NCBI GenBank assembly: GCA_951406725.2
Contig: OX597821.1
Coordinates: 14,322,001 to 14,386,000, forward strand
Direction: 5' to 3'
Source of the DNA: Octopus vulgaris
Lineage: Eukaryota
DNA: 64,000 bases
Shown here: in pieces, positions 49,735 through 64,000 of the stretch
Layout of the letters: every line of letters starts with the position of its first letter
How positions within the stretch are numbered: position 1 is the first letter of the stretch
Notes under the pieces: generated by a model
Told to the model about the DNA's origin: nothing
Seen by the model: the letters and a program-made list of their open reading frames with translations, nothing else
The model's database searches: none
Made by a program: the position numbers and the translations under genes

Positions 49735-50118
49735 TTTCTTTTATTTGTTTTAACCATTAGACCTCACCATTCTGAGGCACCGCTTTGAATGGTTTTAGTT
49801 GAACAAATGGACCCCAGCATTTATTTATAAGTCTGGTACTTATTCTGTTGGGTCCTATTGTTGAGCCACTTATCTACAGGGATCTAAACAAATCAGCCCC
49901 AGTTGTCAAGTGATGGATGGAGAGTAATGTAGACATAGACATACACACACATACATATATATATACAAAAGACTTCCACACAGTTTCTGTCAACCAAATT
50001 CATTCACAAGGCATTGGTCAAAGTAGAAAACACTTGTCTGATGTGTCATGCAGAGGGACTGAACCCAAGACCATGTATTTGTAAACTGAGCTTCTTATAC
50101 ACACAGTAATGCCTGCAC
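49735..50118 (-). mobile_element. SINE family A, old copy
   Basis: Diverged reverse-complement match. Confidence 0.7.
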
Positions 50119-51520
50119 AAATTGTGGTAAGAGTATACCCATCCTATCTTTTCATAAAAACAAAAATGTTCAGAGGTGAATAATCTTGAATTGGATTCAG
50201 TCTAACACCTGGAAAATTATGTCAGTTTCCATCGTTAATAATTTGCTTGTCTTTGTGAATGACATTTAAAACAAAATCTCTGCTTTCAGAATATATTAAA
50301 AAAAGTATGAATTTGCAACCCTATACAACCTACACCAAAATGAGGATTAAAAAAATGAAGATAAAAATGACAATAAAAGAACAAAAACAAAATAAAAACA
50401 AAAAATCATTAAGACAAAACAAAATTGAAAAAAAGGAAGCATTTTATTCATTTGAATTTTAGTAATGTTCTTCCAGAGATTGAAGATTTGCAAATCTAGA
50501 GTTCAAATTATACAGTAAGTCTTCTGGAAAAGTGTTAATTATTTGTTCACAGTGTAATGTAGAGTACATTATAAAATTGCCAATTTATTGACAAGTTAAA
50601 GAAAAACAAATTCTGAAACAGGCAGTGTTCTCTGATATTTTGTCAATCTTGGCAGAAAATATGTTCAAACCATTAAAAAAAATTATAAATAAATAAATAA
50701 ATAAGAATAAAATTCAAATTCACTTCACACACAGGATCTATAATAAATTTCAATTACATACATCAACCACATCAAGTGGTTAAGACATAAGGGTGTAGCA
50801 CATTTTGATTTGTAATATATATTATAAAAGATATGCAAGAATATTCAACAATATTACATAGGCATCATCAGATTTGTTTAAATTACATTGGTTTTAAATT
50901 CAAAAATAATTTTAGATAGATATATAAATAGAATAAATTTATAAATATATCCATCATATTTCACTCCAAAATTCTAAAAAAATTTATTAAAATGCATCAA
51001 ATATAGCTCTAATATTGAACATTTTACTAAGTAAACATAGAAAAATATATAAAAAGTAATACTAATGTTTACGTTATAGTTATTAGTTAAATATAAATAT
51101 ATAGAAAAATTTACTTTGTTATAAAGCATAATTATTAAAGTCTTCAAATGTGTGACCTCTAAAAATATAGTCATAGAAATATAAAGCATATAATTTTATA
51201 TAAGTACATTTATTTGTTTGTCTGACTTTGAGTTACTACAATGCAGATGCCATTGATAATTATGAAAGAGCTTTCAGTATAAAAATATTGTCGACTTAAT
51301 GTCTTGAAAAATTGTCTTAATTATTTCTGCAACTAAGAAAATAATTTATAAACTAATGCAACTTGAGATTTAATTTGTAAGGAGCATTATATTGTATTGA
51401 ATATAAAAACCATAATTCTTTTTTGAATTTATTTCAAAATATAGTATTTAGCATGATATATATAGACGTGTGTGTGTGTGCATGCGTGAGTGTGAGTGTG
51501 TGTGTGTATGTGTTTATGTG

Positions 51521-51571
<51 letters not shown>

Positions 51572-53105
51572 GCATATATACAGACATATATATACAAATA
51601 TATATACATACATATATATATACATATATATACATATACACACATTTATATATACATATATATACATACATATATACATATATATACACACACATATGTA
51701 TGTGTGTCTATGTGTGTGTTAAAAACAGTCATCAGTAAATGAAAATAGCCTTTTAAAGTTTACATTGTTATGCAAACATTTAAAATAAGTTTGTTAGTAT
51801 TACTAAAAGATATACTGAAAAAAACAAAAACAAACTAAAGTGCTATTCTTTTTAAAGTAGAAGTGATTTAAATAAATTTTTCTCAAAATATCTGTAAAAA
51901 TAAATATTAAATACGCAGTAACACCAAACACAAATATCACTAAAACATTGAAAACAACATTGTTTGATTTCATAGACATTTCAAAGTTATACCGAGTTCA
52001 AAAATTATCAACAACATAATTACGGAAGCAAATGTTTGGGTGTTTGTAAAAATATTTAGGTGAAAATGTATTGTGAAATGAGAATTTTAAAATGATGATT
52101 AACAATTTGGATGTGCTTAGAAGAAAAAATCTCAAAATTAAAATAGAGGTAAAATGAGCTGAATCTGATGTTTTGTAATAAAACTATGTTAAAGGTGTGG
52201 TGAGATAGATTTTCAAAAAAATAAAAGTAATCACAGATTAAAATAGATGTTGTGTACATAATTTTGGAAAGTCAGTTCTCATTAAATATGCACTGTTTTA
52301 AAAGTTTTTCATAAATATAGCAGAATAACTCTTTTTCATGACCACTTCACATAAACTAAGAAGATCATGGTTGTTAATATGTTATTCATGTCTTTTCAGT
52401 TTTTTTCTTTTTAGATCGGAAAATAGAAAACAAAAAGTTTCATCAGAAATAATATATTTTTAGTTTTTCATACACCAAAGATTCTTTACAGTTCCAATAA
52501 AACTACTTTAGTCTTTCTTTTAAATTAGTTTTGAAAATTTTATGGAATTCCTTTTTCTTCCCACCATGCCAATTTCCACTTACAGAAACATGTATATACA
52601 TAATCATACATTAGCTGTTATGTAGTTACATGTGTATATATTCAAGTATATTAGTCTATCTTCAGATATACAAACATACATACATGTATATATCTATATA
52701 TATAAATAATGACTTGAGTAATCTATTCTTAATACGTTCCAACAGATCTGAATGCAAATATGCTAATTGATCTTGTGCTCATCAAAGGAGAATACAACAT
52801 CAGTTAGCAAGTTCATATCTGAATTTGTCAGAATATATTAAAAATAAATATTCAAGTCATCATTTTACATCTCACTGTTCATCATGCATATGATGATTTA
52901 TTATATATATATATATGAATATATGAATGTGTTTAAAATTAAGTAGATGAATGAGAAGATATTAATTAACTTATTAATGATAAGAGAGGCGATCAAGTTT
53001 GATAAAAGTCTTTAAAATCTGTATGTTGATCATTAAATAAGCCTCTGCAGAAGTGTTGAAAATATCTCTTTTTTTTTTGTCTCTGTACATTATATTATGA
53101 CGTTT

Positions 53106-53243
53106 TCACAACATTTTCTTTGAAGAGGCATGCTCGTCATCTGCCTGTGAATCTTCTTCTTCTTCTTCCTCAGATGATGATGATGATGATGATGATGATA
53201 ATGAAGATGAAGAGGATGGTTCTTTCGATTTATTTTCTCCTTG
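53106..53243 (-). CDS. Probable terminal coding exon of an unidentified gene (Ser-rich then acidic C-terminal tail)
   Basis: Acceptor TTTCTTTATTTTTTTACCAG|CAA, then QGENKSKEPSSSSSLSSSSSSSSSEEEEEEDSQADDEHASSKKML and TGA, followed by long AT-rich repeat-poor sequence consistent with a 3' UTR. Confidence 0.65.
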   Translation of the reverse strand, partial: QGENKSKEPSSSSSLSSSSSSSSSEEEEEEDSQADDEHASSKKML

Positions 53244-56200
53244 CTGGTAAAAAAATAAAGAAAATGGCAATATGTTCTGATTTTACAAGTAGAAGTAGAA
53301 TTAAGAGTAATTTAGAAGATTCTAATTATATTTGCTGCTGTTTATTCGATAAACGTATCATTTAATAAGTTAGCTAAGAGATAAAAATGATATCAAAGAT
53401 TAACTATAAGAGACTATATTTTTTCATAAAGTATGAAATATCTTTTATGATAAATAACCAAAAGTTCTAAATATAATATTAAAATTTGTTTTGCATATAT
53501 GTAACTGTGCAATAACACACAGCTTATTTTCTTTTTTTGCAATGGACTGTACATAAAAGGGTAAAACCATATTGAAGAGATATGAACTACTGATGACTTA
53601 TCAAAAACAATTATTTTATAATAATGACGACTCAGATACTTCTGTTAATGTATTAAATCAGATTGTAGGATTAAACTAAATGCCAAATAATTATATTCCT
53701 ATGGTTAAGAATATAAAATCATGGTTAATAGCAGCAGTCAGCTTTAACTATATTTTAAGTTGTTAATTTACAATCAATTAAAAACCTTATGTAATTATGT
53801 TGTAATAATTTCAAACATAAAACTTTATTTTTAATAATAATGATGCTTTTCAACTAGGCACAGAAAACTTTATAAAGGGAAATATAAATTAACTTGATTT
53901 TAGTATATCACAGGTACTTATTTTATCCACTCTAGCATGAGAAAAAATAACGTTTACATTGGCATTAACAGTAGTTCAACTGAGAAGCTAACTGGATAAA
54001 ACTAATTACTCTAAGTTAAACAGTGTCTTTTTGAATAAAAGGAATAAAATCAAGGCATCAAACATAAACATGATTATCCTTGTACTACTCTTGACATACC
54101 GATGTCAAAAGAAATTTTCATATTTTCTAAAACTAATGAGAGAAGTATATAAATTTGATAATACTTGCAATTTTAAATTATTGCCAGCAGGTAAAATTTT
54201 ATTTTATTTATTTTTATAATAATTCACATATTTCATAAAATAAATTATTCACTACAGTAGGATGTAGCTGCAACTGTAAGATATAGGCTCAGGTGAACTC
54301 TGATAAAGAATATATTATTTATTGGTACAATTTCACATATATATAGAATATATATTTCAGGTTGAGGAATTTCTTCTAGATTGTTCTAGTATTGATACTT
54401 TGAGAGCAGAAGCAACTTTATTGACATGTTTAGTCAATTACTTGGATATATTTAGTAGGTTTTTATTAATAATGATTCTTAGTTTTTTCATGATTTTTGT
54501 GTAACAGAATTTGTAATCTTGTTTTAATCAAAGGCTGAGCCCAAAACTCTTTACTGGGCCGCCAAGACTGGTTGGAGAGAATGAAGAAATTATTCTCAAA
54601 TCAAAGATCTTACAATAGAGAGTACTCAACTAAAGGCACTCAAGGTGTCAATCGGTGATGGTAAACTTGGTGATGAATTTAGTGTACCATCCAAGTAAGC
54701 CATGGCGGGATTTAAACTCCAAATGGAAGGATCTAGAACAAATACTGAAAGGCATTCAGTCTAATGTTCTTACAGTTGCACTAATTTACTATCCTACATT
54801 GACACTTAGGTTTTTGACTGTTCAAAAGAAGAAAAGACAAAGCTGACTAAAGCAGGATTTGAACTCAGAGAACAGAGGATTGTGAAAAACATTTGGAGGT
54901 ATTTCTGCTGACACCCTAAAGACTCTACCAAGGTACTGCTTAGAGTTTGTCAATTTAACTAGACATTTTGAAGAGCTAATAATTAGCAATCTTTATAAAA
55001 AAAAACATTCAAAATGTTTTCAGATAGTGAACCTTTTAGATAATCACCAACTAATATAGCATTTATTCTGAATAATTTAACTTCTTACTTGTATGACAAT
55101 ATTTTATTTAATGCTTTGACTGTTGTCAAATCGTGGATATAGCATCTTATTGTCAAGTGGCATCAAATTGTGGATATGCTTACCTAGTTCTATCACCTCA
55201 AATGTCAATGTACTTAAACATTAAAACAAACTAGCAACAAAGCTCATATAATATGGAATATTATTCTGATACTTTTTTGATATCTCATCATTTAGTTAAT
55301 ATCCCATTTAACTGCTGAGACACCATACCCACAATTATGTTATGTATCCAGCTGTTTACAAATATATAATAAAAACCTGATAAGTTTATTCTTAGATTTA
55401 GTAGAGATGAAATTTTCTTATAATTATCATGAAATTTTACTTACACTATGATTATTATTCAATTATAATAGATTTTAAAGAAGCAAAATATTCATCATAA
55501 ACAAGTGAAAACACCAAGAAATGCAAATTATAGAAATTATATTGTTATATTGAAATTGATAACTTAGTAAATGCCAAGTATTTGTAGTTTTGAATATTTC
55601 TAAATGTAAGTAACCTACAAAAATATTCAAGTGTTTTTCAAAATATCATATGTACAGGAAATATGAATGATGCTTGAAATATATTAAGATAAAGAAAATG
55701 AATTAGAACAAAACATAAAAATATATAAGTTAACTTATTGCCTTTAGTTTGGCAGCCTTAATAGGTAACTTTTTTTAAAGAACCATTTCTATTATATTAT
55801 GAAAATCATACAATTGTCTTAATACATTAAAATTCCTTACTGTTCAAATGAATACTTGATCTTAAAGTATCATGATTATGTTTGACTATTAAATATAAAG
55901 ATAGAATTTGGTTGCTATAATGAGTACACCTTTGTGTTAGTATTGTAGTAGAAAGGCAAAATATAACAAGAAAGAAGCATAAAGTTGAGTGAATATATAA
56001 GCAAATGTGAGGATGGTATGCTTTTCTAAGCATGCACAAATGCAGGGTAGTATTAATCAGATCCAAGAGCATACCAGGAATCATCATGAAATTAGAGCAC
56101 TCAAGCAGGATTATAGACAGGAATCACATAGGTTTTCAAATGATTACTAAAAGGGTGACAGACTTCTGAAGGTAATAATAAAGGTAATTTGAAAACTTTA

Positions 56201-57492
56201 AAAAAAAGTGATTTCATATGAATATTGAAAATATTCATACAATATTTATATAAAACAATGTTTTAATATATTGAAAAATTATTGTATATTTTTCTTGTGT
56301 ATTTTCTTGTAGTTAAGTTAGTACTTTGTATGTGCTGAGGAAAATTGTTCAAAATAGGAAAACTACAGAAACCACTCAATGATAGATGGTTGCATTTTTT
56401 GTTTTTGTGTTGTAGATAATATGTTTAAAAAGATGAGAAATAGAAATGAAAATACTAATTAAAATATGTATTGCAATTCTTTTGAAAAGTGTCTTCATAA
56501 TTAAAACAGATCTGTATCTAAAGTAGCTATAATAGAACAATTACTTTGACTTTTTGCTCTGCAAAAGTTTAGCTAATTATGAAAAGAAAAAAAAATAAGG
56601 AGGATGATTTACTGCATTCCTTTACATTTCTATAAGATGGCTATTATATGGATATATTAGGAAGAATACTTATATTTCTGGTTCTTAAATTGTTTTAAAG
56701 TATTCTTCAAAAAGAAATATGGAATTAATTTTTAAATATAAGAGTAATTGTTACGTAAGAAAATGCAGTGTAGTTGATTGCCAGTTGCTAGTATGTTCCT
56801 AGCACTTATACCATAGGTCAAGCAATAGATTAATGTCTATGATGAAATATGAATTAAATTCGATGATGAAATATGAATTAAATTCTGACCTGTTCACAAT
56901 AGAAAAATCTTCTTCAATTCTCTACACAGCTCTTGCTCCCTTTTATTTCAAAATATTAAAAAGGGATTAAGCTTATTCATTGTCTTAGTTTCACTTTTAT
57001 AGAGAAGAATGTTCTCTGCCTATGTCCAAAAGAAGGTTAGCCATTTTGATTTTGAAATACATGATTACCATTGGTTTTAGTACTTGTTACAAGCTCCAAA
57101 ACTGCTGGACTATGAAGAAGGAAATCCAAGACCATATTGATAGTAGATGCACTAAACTTCAGATGAGAGTTCAAAGTGTCTCATGATGTGACCATGACAC
57201 AAATGTGGCAAGTTATGGACACATTTCATTGATCTCTACTATTGTTTCTCAGTTCAATATAGGCTTTGCTATAGTGTTGAACAGTAGACCATATCAGATG
57301 TTATATTTTGGAGGCTTTTATATTCTAAAAAAACGATGAGGACTACTAAAGAATATTGATGTTAGATGATATTAGCTGTGACATACAATATGAATGTGGG
57401 ACAGAAATTCTTGTTTGGTACAACATTGTTAAAAAACACATTTGTTGTAGATGGATGAAGAAGAAATTTGTTTACATCTATATTTGTTTCAG

Positions 57493-57542
57493 TTTCTGGG
57501 CTGTTTTTTCTGGGGCATCTCAGCCATTGCAGCTGGTTTAAG
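57493..57542 (+). CDS. Candidate 50-nt internal exon encoding a hydrophobic peptide
   Basis: TTTGTTTCAG| ... AAG|GTATGC; frame FLGCFFWGISAIAAGL; GC-richer than flanks. No partner exons identified. Confidence 0.3.
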
Positions 57543-58109
57543 GTATGCAATATGTGCTCAGATGAATACATAAAATTTTAATATAAATGTACTCCATCAT
57601 CATTAGAAAAATATGACAATTGAATAAAAAAGCCAGAAGAAGGAAAAATCTGAGATTCTAGAACGTGTTTTTTGTTACATTGATTATATTGTTAGATTTT
57701 TAAAATAAAACTAAACAATTTATATCCAGTGTTCCAGTATAGTTTTAATAAAATTTAAAATTAATTAACAGATAAAAATAGCATTTTACATTAAGTCGAG
57801 CAATGATGGAAAAATTCTTGGGTTTGTATGTGTGTTTGTATGCATGTGTCTTTGAGTATATATTCATGTGTGTATATATGATTGTATGTATGCATACATG
57901 TGTACGTATGTGTGTGTATTGTGTGTGTATTGTGTGGGTGTGTGTATGCATATACATCTGTATGTATATTTATTAGTTAAGTGGTTGTAAAAAAATGTAT
58001 AATTACAATCTTAAAGAAAATGTATTTATGACTCAAAAAAACCATTAAACTGTTATATTGTATATAAAATTTATATTCTTGAATTAGAAGTCTTGATGTA
58101 AAATTCAAG

Positions 58110-58142
<33 letters not shown>

Positions 58143-58189
58143 CATATATTATAGATAGATAGATACATAGATAGATAAATAGATAATGG

Positions 58190-58234
<45 letters not shown>

Positions 58235-58442
58235 AAAGAGAGCATTGCTAAAAGTTTCTATTTGAAAATATAGTTCATACAAAGTTTTAATTTTTTAATG
58301 TTGCAGCCTTGACGGTGGATATAATATCACCAGCATGTTACAGAATATCTAATGTGAATCAAGTATTATATACATATTTCTAATGTGAATCTGAATAATG
58401 ATGATGATAATGACAATGATGATAATAATGACAATGATGTCG

Positions 58443-58503
<61 letters not shown>

Positions 58504-60869
58504 TAGTAGTAAAAATATTTATTTCCCTTACCAAAATTTATTAGAATAAAATAATTTAATAAAAAAACAAGTCTAGTAAAGTAGAAAGATATAGTTAGAA
58601 GCATATTGCTATATTTTCTCCAAAAGCTTATTTTGTACTAAGCCAAATTGTATTAAAAAAAATTTGACTACACTTTTTTTGAACTAGTACATTTTTATAA
58701 ATTAGTTTAATAGAAACAGAAATATTTATATAACATAAAATCTAAATTTAAATAAAACCTATGAATAAAAATGAAGATTTACATCAAATAATATCAAAAT
58801 AGTAATAAAAATTAAAATTTATTCAATAACCATTTTTTTTAATTTTGGAAAACACTATTTGCTAATAATTCATATTTTAAAGAACCCACACAAGCTAAAT
58901 AGATTCCAGTCATAATTATTATGCCAAAAGAAAATATATGAGAATGAAATTTATTAATATATATAACTACAAATTTGTAATTGACTTTTAGTTGAAAGTT
59001 TGTGCTCTGCAAACTTAGAAAATAAAAGTATAAAGGTTTCACAAGTTATGTATGTTCATAAAAAGAAAAAGAACTTTACAGGTCAAAATTTCAAGAGAAT
59101 AGCTTCAAGTGTTGATAAAGTTAATCATAGGAAGATAATAAAACATGTAAACGAGTTGTATGCTATGATATAATAAATGTTGGCTTTGAACAATTGTAAA
59201 ATATATAACATGCTTAAAGATAAGTAAATTTTATAAGTGTATTTTATCAAGACATTAAAATGCATCTACAATTTGAAATTGTGAAGAAATAATACATTGA
59301 TGAAGTAGGATTTGCTTTTAATTAAGAATTTTATGATTATCATTCGATGTACCAAAATTAGTGGAACATTTTCGATTTATGCTTTCTTTTATCATAAATG
59401 TGACATTTTTAAAGCAGCCAAAAAATTTATAATGGATATAATTTTTAATAATCTAGACATCTCTATCATTGCAAGATTTGTCAAAAGTACTTCTTCCATA
59501 TAATTAGTAATAGCAGAAAATTTCCCTGCAAAATATGTGACATATATTTTTATAACCAATTTACTATTACCCCAATAATAATCTAATTTATATTAATACT
59601 ATGAAAATTACTAGGAATATGAAAGTCTTATAGCAATGTATTTGCAATAAAATGGCCTGAAATTTGGTAATAAAATGGCCTGAAACACCATAAACTTCAG
59701 CGCTTGACTGATACTTTATTTTAGCAATCCCCAAAGGTTGAAAAGCAAAGTTGATCTTGGTATTTAAGCCAAGAATGTAAAAAGCTGGAACAAATACCAC
59801 AAGGCATTTTATCTGTTTCTTTATTGATTTTACCAATTCAATAATAGTAATAATTTGTTACAGTGGTACAATGAACTTTGAGTTAATTGAATTGAACTCA
59901 TGCCTGGTAGTTTATTAACCTAAGAGGAATGAAAAATAAAGTCAAAGACAGTGGGATAAGAGTTGAGGATGTAAAGGATAGAACTATGCACTGTAATAGT
60001 GTGATAATCTTGTTCATTCACTTCATTGACAATTATCTATTTTAATTAAATTAATAATAATAATTGTGATAATGATCAGTTAACTAGTTTTGGACAGTAT
60101 GATTTATATTCAAATATCAACATATCATTTAATTATATAGATTTCTTTAACTGATCACAAGTATGTAGAATAAATAAGCTCTTTGATCTGGTAATTTTAT
60201 GTATGAGCTCAATATATTCCTAGTGAAGTGATTATGTTTGTTGAATTAAACATGTATTTCATATATTGTAAGCCCTTGTTGAAAGTATCAGGTAAGGAAC
60301 ACATAACAACTGAATGTAGATATTTCTAACAGATTCTCCTTTGTTGCAATCACACAGAATGCTAAAACATGAACTTTGATTTGACTCTTATTATCTGGAG
60401 GTACAACCAAATAATTTGCATTGGAATGTGAGTGTAGCATCAGAAAATTATAGCCATGATATATTTTCCCAGAGTGCTATGGATTGCACAGACCTATGTA
60501 AGGGAGTAACATCAAACTGAGATTCTACATAGTAAACAATATGTAGGCTTGCAAGCTCCATAAATATTGGTTTCTTTTCATCTTTAATGAAGAAAACTAT
60601 ATCCTATTTTCACAAAATTTGAGGGATCCAGACAAACACTATTTACAAATAATAAAAATATATGTACTTTTCATTGCAGTTCACATATATTTATCACTTT
60701 TCTTTCAATCTCAGACCTTTATAGTGTGCAATATTACTGTCACAAGCCAATTTCACCTCAAGGTAAAGCAAAAAATTGCCAATTACTCAAATGGTCATAG
60801 ATTTATTGTCCCTTAAACCATTCCAACCATATAAAACTGCTTATTCATTTCTCTCTTGGAATTAAGGCA

Positions 60870-61150
60870 ATTATGATTACACTGATGATACATACACCAG
60901 ACTTTTCATGAGGAATCAAGACATCTCATGGTATGAACACATGACCAAAGAGGAAATTTATGGACACACTCCACCCATCTCTAGTATTGTTGTTCAATGC
61001 AGTGTAGGCTTTGCTGGCTACTGCTTTCATGCTGAATGCAAAGCCACATCAAATGTTATGTTTTAACAACTTCCACACCCTGATAGAGAACAGAAAATAC
61101 TCAACTGCATTGATGCTAATGACAGAAACACCCAACATGAAACAGGAGGA
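60870..61150 (+). mobile_element. Degenerate RTE-clade LINE, post-RT C-terminal region
   Basis: Translation DDTYTRLFMRNQDISWYEHMTKEEIYGHTPPISSIVVQCSVGFAGYCFHAE resembles the RTE pattern YTRMLR..ISW..H.TN..LYG.LP......RRL.FAGHC. Confidence 0.7.
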
Positions 61151-63503
61151 TCTAGCATAGCTTACATGTGTCAGAGATTTCTGGCATGGTATGGTGAAAT
61201 GCACCTCAGTTGCAACCATTTTTTGGGGAAGCAGACATTTTTGAGATCATTTTTCAGTTGGTGTTCCTATTCTAATCACATCGATCTTGAACAAAAATAA
61301 AAAATCTTTGATATTTTATCAGTTAATCTATTTCTCTAACATCATCATCATTCTCTAGAAAATTAAATTAAAGCTAAATTTGTGACATATGAATGAATAA
61401 ATACTTTATTAAGAGTACCTGAAAACTTTCTTCAGATACATCAGACCAAAGAAAATTCCTCTGGAATTGAAGCTAACCATTCCATATCTGCTTTAATGAT
61501 GATATCGTCTTAAAATTACTATTGAATTCTGTATACCTTAATTATACTTGCTCTATTCAATTCAGTTGTTTTCTTCTTCCCCAATGATTTTCTGCCAATT
61601 CTTTCACAAACTTTAAATTCAATTAATAATTACCTACTAATACTAGAATTTCTGTTTAGATATCCACATCTACTGTAATAGAAGACAATTACTATAGGAA
61701 CAATGATCATCTTGGGAGTCTGACGCTATTGTAAGGAATCAGAACAACATCATGAACAACACCATGATTTAATTTCAGATTTGTCCAGTGAAACTGGACA
61801 GCTTTCAAATTAGGGCATCATCATCATTACACATACTAGGATTCAACTTCTTCCAAAAAATTCTCTTAGAAATATGATATCTTTAAGTCTTGATTATACA
61901 TCAACTCATGACTGCTAAAAGTGCAAAATATTTCTTCAGGATTAAAGTATTATCCTAAAACTATAAATAAGACCCTAGTATTATCCTTTAAGGCTGATAT
62001 ATGTTCCAGTACTAGTAACTAATGGCTTCTTGCAAAATTGAAATATGCTAGACTATGGAATACCACACATACATATCTAAAATGACTTGCATTCTTCATT
62101 ATATTCAGAAAAATGTAATCTGACTAATCAATGAGGTTTCACTGTAATCTCAGAGCCACCTCATTCCTTCTGTCACTATTGTAATGGAATCTAATTTATA
62201 TAAAATGCAAGGAACATGTAAGCACCTTTTAAATATTTTTGTTGCACCTAAATCTTTGCTTGTTACTATTATGGTCGACTATGTTCTCTATAAGAGAAAA
62301 CTGCATGAGACACATGCATTTCTTAATTCCTGAAAATTAGGGAACATACTTATGTCTAAGACTTGTGCATTCTTTAATTCCAAGAACTCATTTTCTTCTC
62401 CTCTGTTCTAGAAATGTTTTAACTCTCACTTCTCACTCTCAATATTAATACTAAAAATTTCAGCTACTTTTCCAAGTGGTCTATATATAATCTTTGAAGA
62501 GGATGCAAAACAATATGAGTTGAATTTTGGATAATTTTGAATCTTAGCTCAAGTGTAATTTGTGTCTTATCAGTGTGTTATAAATTTCATTCAATGATCC
62601 AGACTAAATTTTGCAGTCCAAAACATAAATTGTAAAGCACAAATACATTATCTTAAAATGATGTAAGTAAAGAAGAATCATCAATCAGTGTTGAATGATA
62701 AGGAAGAGGTTTTTGAATTTATTGCAGTGAAAATCCTATCAAAATATACAGACTCACTGCTGCTTCAGTAACACTATCATCCTTATCTTGACTATTCAAT
62801 GGTACTTTGAACACATAGTTAAGGTCACACACTCTAGGGAAGACCTAATTGATTAAGGGCAACTCCATGGTTTGACTGGTACTTAATTTTATAGACCCTT
62901 GGAAGGATGAAAGACAAAACTGATTGTAGCAGAATTTGAAATCTAGAATGTAAAGCACCCCAACTAAATATGACGATCAACAAGTTTTGGCCAAATGAAC
63001 ATCTTAGAACCTGAATAGAATTCTTAAAACATGCTGCATCACAGGATGTTTCATGGACAGGGCTTCTTTCATAGCAAATTGCAAGTCATTGCTAGTGATG
63101 TTTTATGAGATTGGAGTGGCCAGCAGATTAGAAGGGTGTCACCTTAGTGGTACAAAGGTGTCAGCCGCCAGGAGTATGGTACCACCAACAAATGGTAGAT
63201 GCAATTATGCACTGTTACAGCACATGCTCCATACTATTATTACTATTACATAACGATTAATAAAATGACTGTGATGAAATTATGTCAGCATGAGCCCATC
63301 TTTTGATTACTAGTTGTAAGCATTTTACTTCGTTTACATAAATAACTGTTGCTGAATTAAGCAAAAATGTCACAGTTTCTATCACCTACGTGCCACACAA
63401 ATCCCAGACTCCATGCCTACCTGAAAAAAGCAATATGAAGCCATCATAGTGTATCTTTCTGCTAATACAAAACAAAGCCATAGGAAACTACTTTAAATAA
63501 GAT

Positions 63504-64000
63504 TACTCTTTTACTCTTTTACTTGTTTCAGTCATTTGACTGTGGCCATGCTGGAGCACCGCCTTTAGTTGAGCAAATCGACCCCAGGATTTATTATTTG
63601 TAAGCCCAGAACTTATTCTATCAGTCCCTTTTGCTGAACCGCTAAGTTACTGAGATGTAAACACAGCAGCATCGGTTGTCAAGCGATGTTGGGGGGGACA
63701 AACACAAACTAACACACACACATACATATATACTCTTTTACTTGTTTCAGTCATTTGACTGCGGCCATGCTGGAGCACCGCCTTTAATCGAGCAACTCGA
63801 TCCCAGGACTTAATCTTTGTAAGCCCAGTACTTATTCTATCGGTCTCTTTTGCCGAACCGCTAAGTAACGGGGACATAAACACACCAGCATCGGTTGTCA
63901 AGCAATGCTAGGGGACAAACACAGACACACAAACACACACACGCATATATATATATATACATATATACGATGGGCTTCTTTCAGTTTCCGTCTGCTGAAT
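63504..64000 (-). mobile_element. Two stacked family A SINE 3' halves; the second runs off the window
   Basis: Tail ACTCTTTTACTTGTTTCAGTCATTTGACT occurs at ~63513 and ~63732. Confidence 0.88.

Noticed and set aside
54361-54458. Plus-strand exon candidate VEEFLLDCSSIDTLRAEATLL
   Set aside because: Acceptor plausible but donor weak (AG|GTTTTT) and no recognisable homology.
55827-56165. Upstream minus-strand exon for the 53-kb gene
   Set aside because: An acceptor-like site exists at ~56166 but all three frames stop soon after.
56840-56885. Short tandem duplications (also 23580-23637)
   Set aside because: Ordinary slippage duplications with no further structure.

Overview
AT-rich, repeat-dense eukaryotic genomic DNA. 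The SINE families and the (TA)n/(CA)n/(TAA)n/(GAT)n microsatellite load look like an octopus (coleoid cephalopod) genome; this is recognition from memory, not a database result. Almost all ORFs in the supplied track are artefacts of SINEs or microsatellites. Supportable content: (1) dozens of tRNA-derived SINEs of about five families, several with clear target-site duplications (TSDs); (2) three non-autonomous Helitrons, four piggyBac-type TTAA MITEs, two hAT MITEs, a Tigger-like MITE and a deleted mariner; (3) relics of an R4/Dong LINE and an RTE LINE; (4) a 5'-truncated Penelope-like element (PLE) with an open GIY-YIG frame and a hammerhead ribozyme; (5) one convincing terminal coding exon on the minus strand (53106-53243) and a few weaker exon candidates. 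The most interesting signal is a recurring architecture, seen at least seven times with mutually different sequences: a fold-back palindrome plus a one-sided unpaired tail, sitting in (TA)n microsatellite. The PLE copy has the same layout with its coding region still inside, suggesting these hairpins are extreme truncation products of microsatellite-targeting PLEs.
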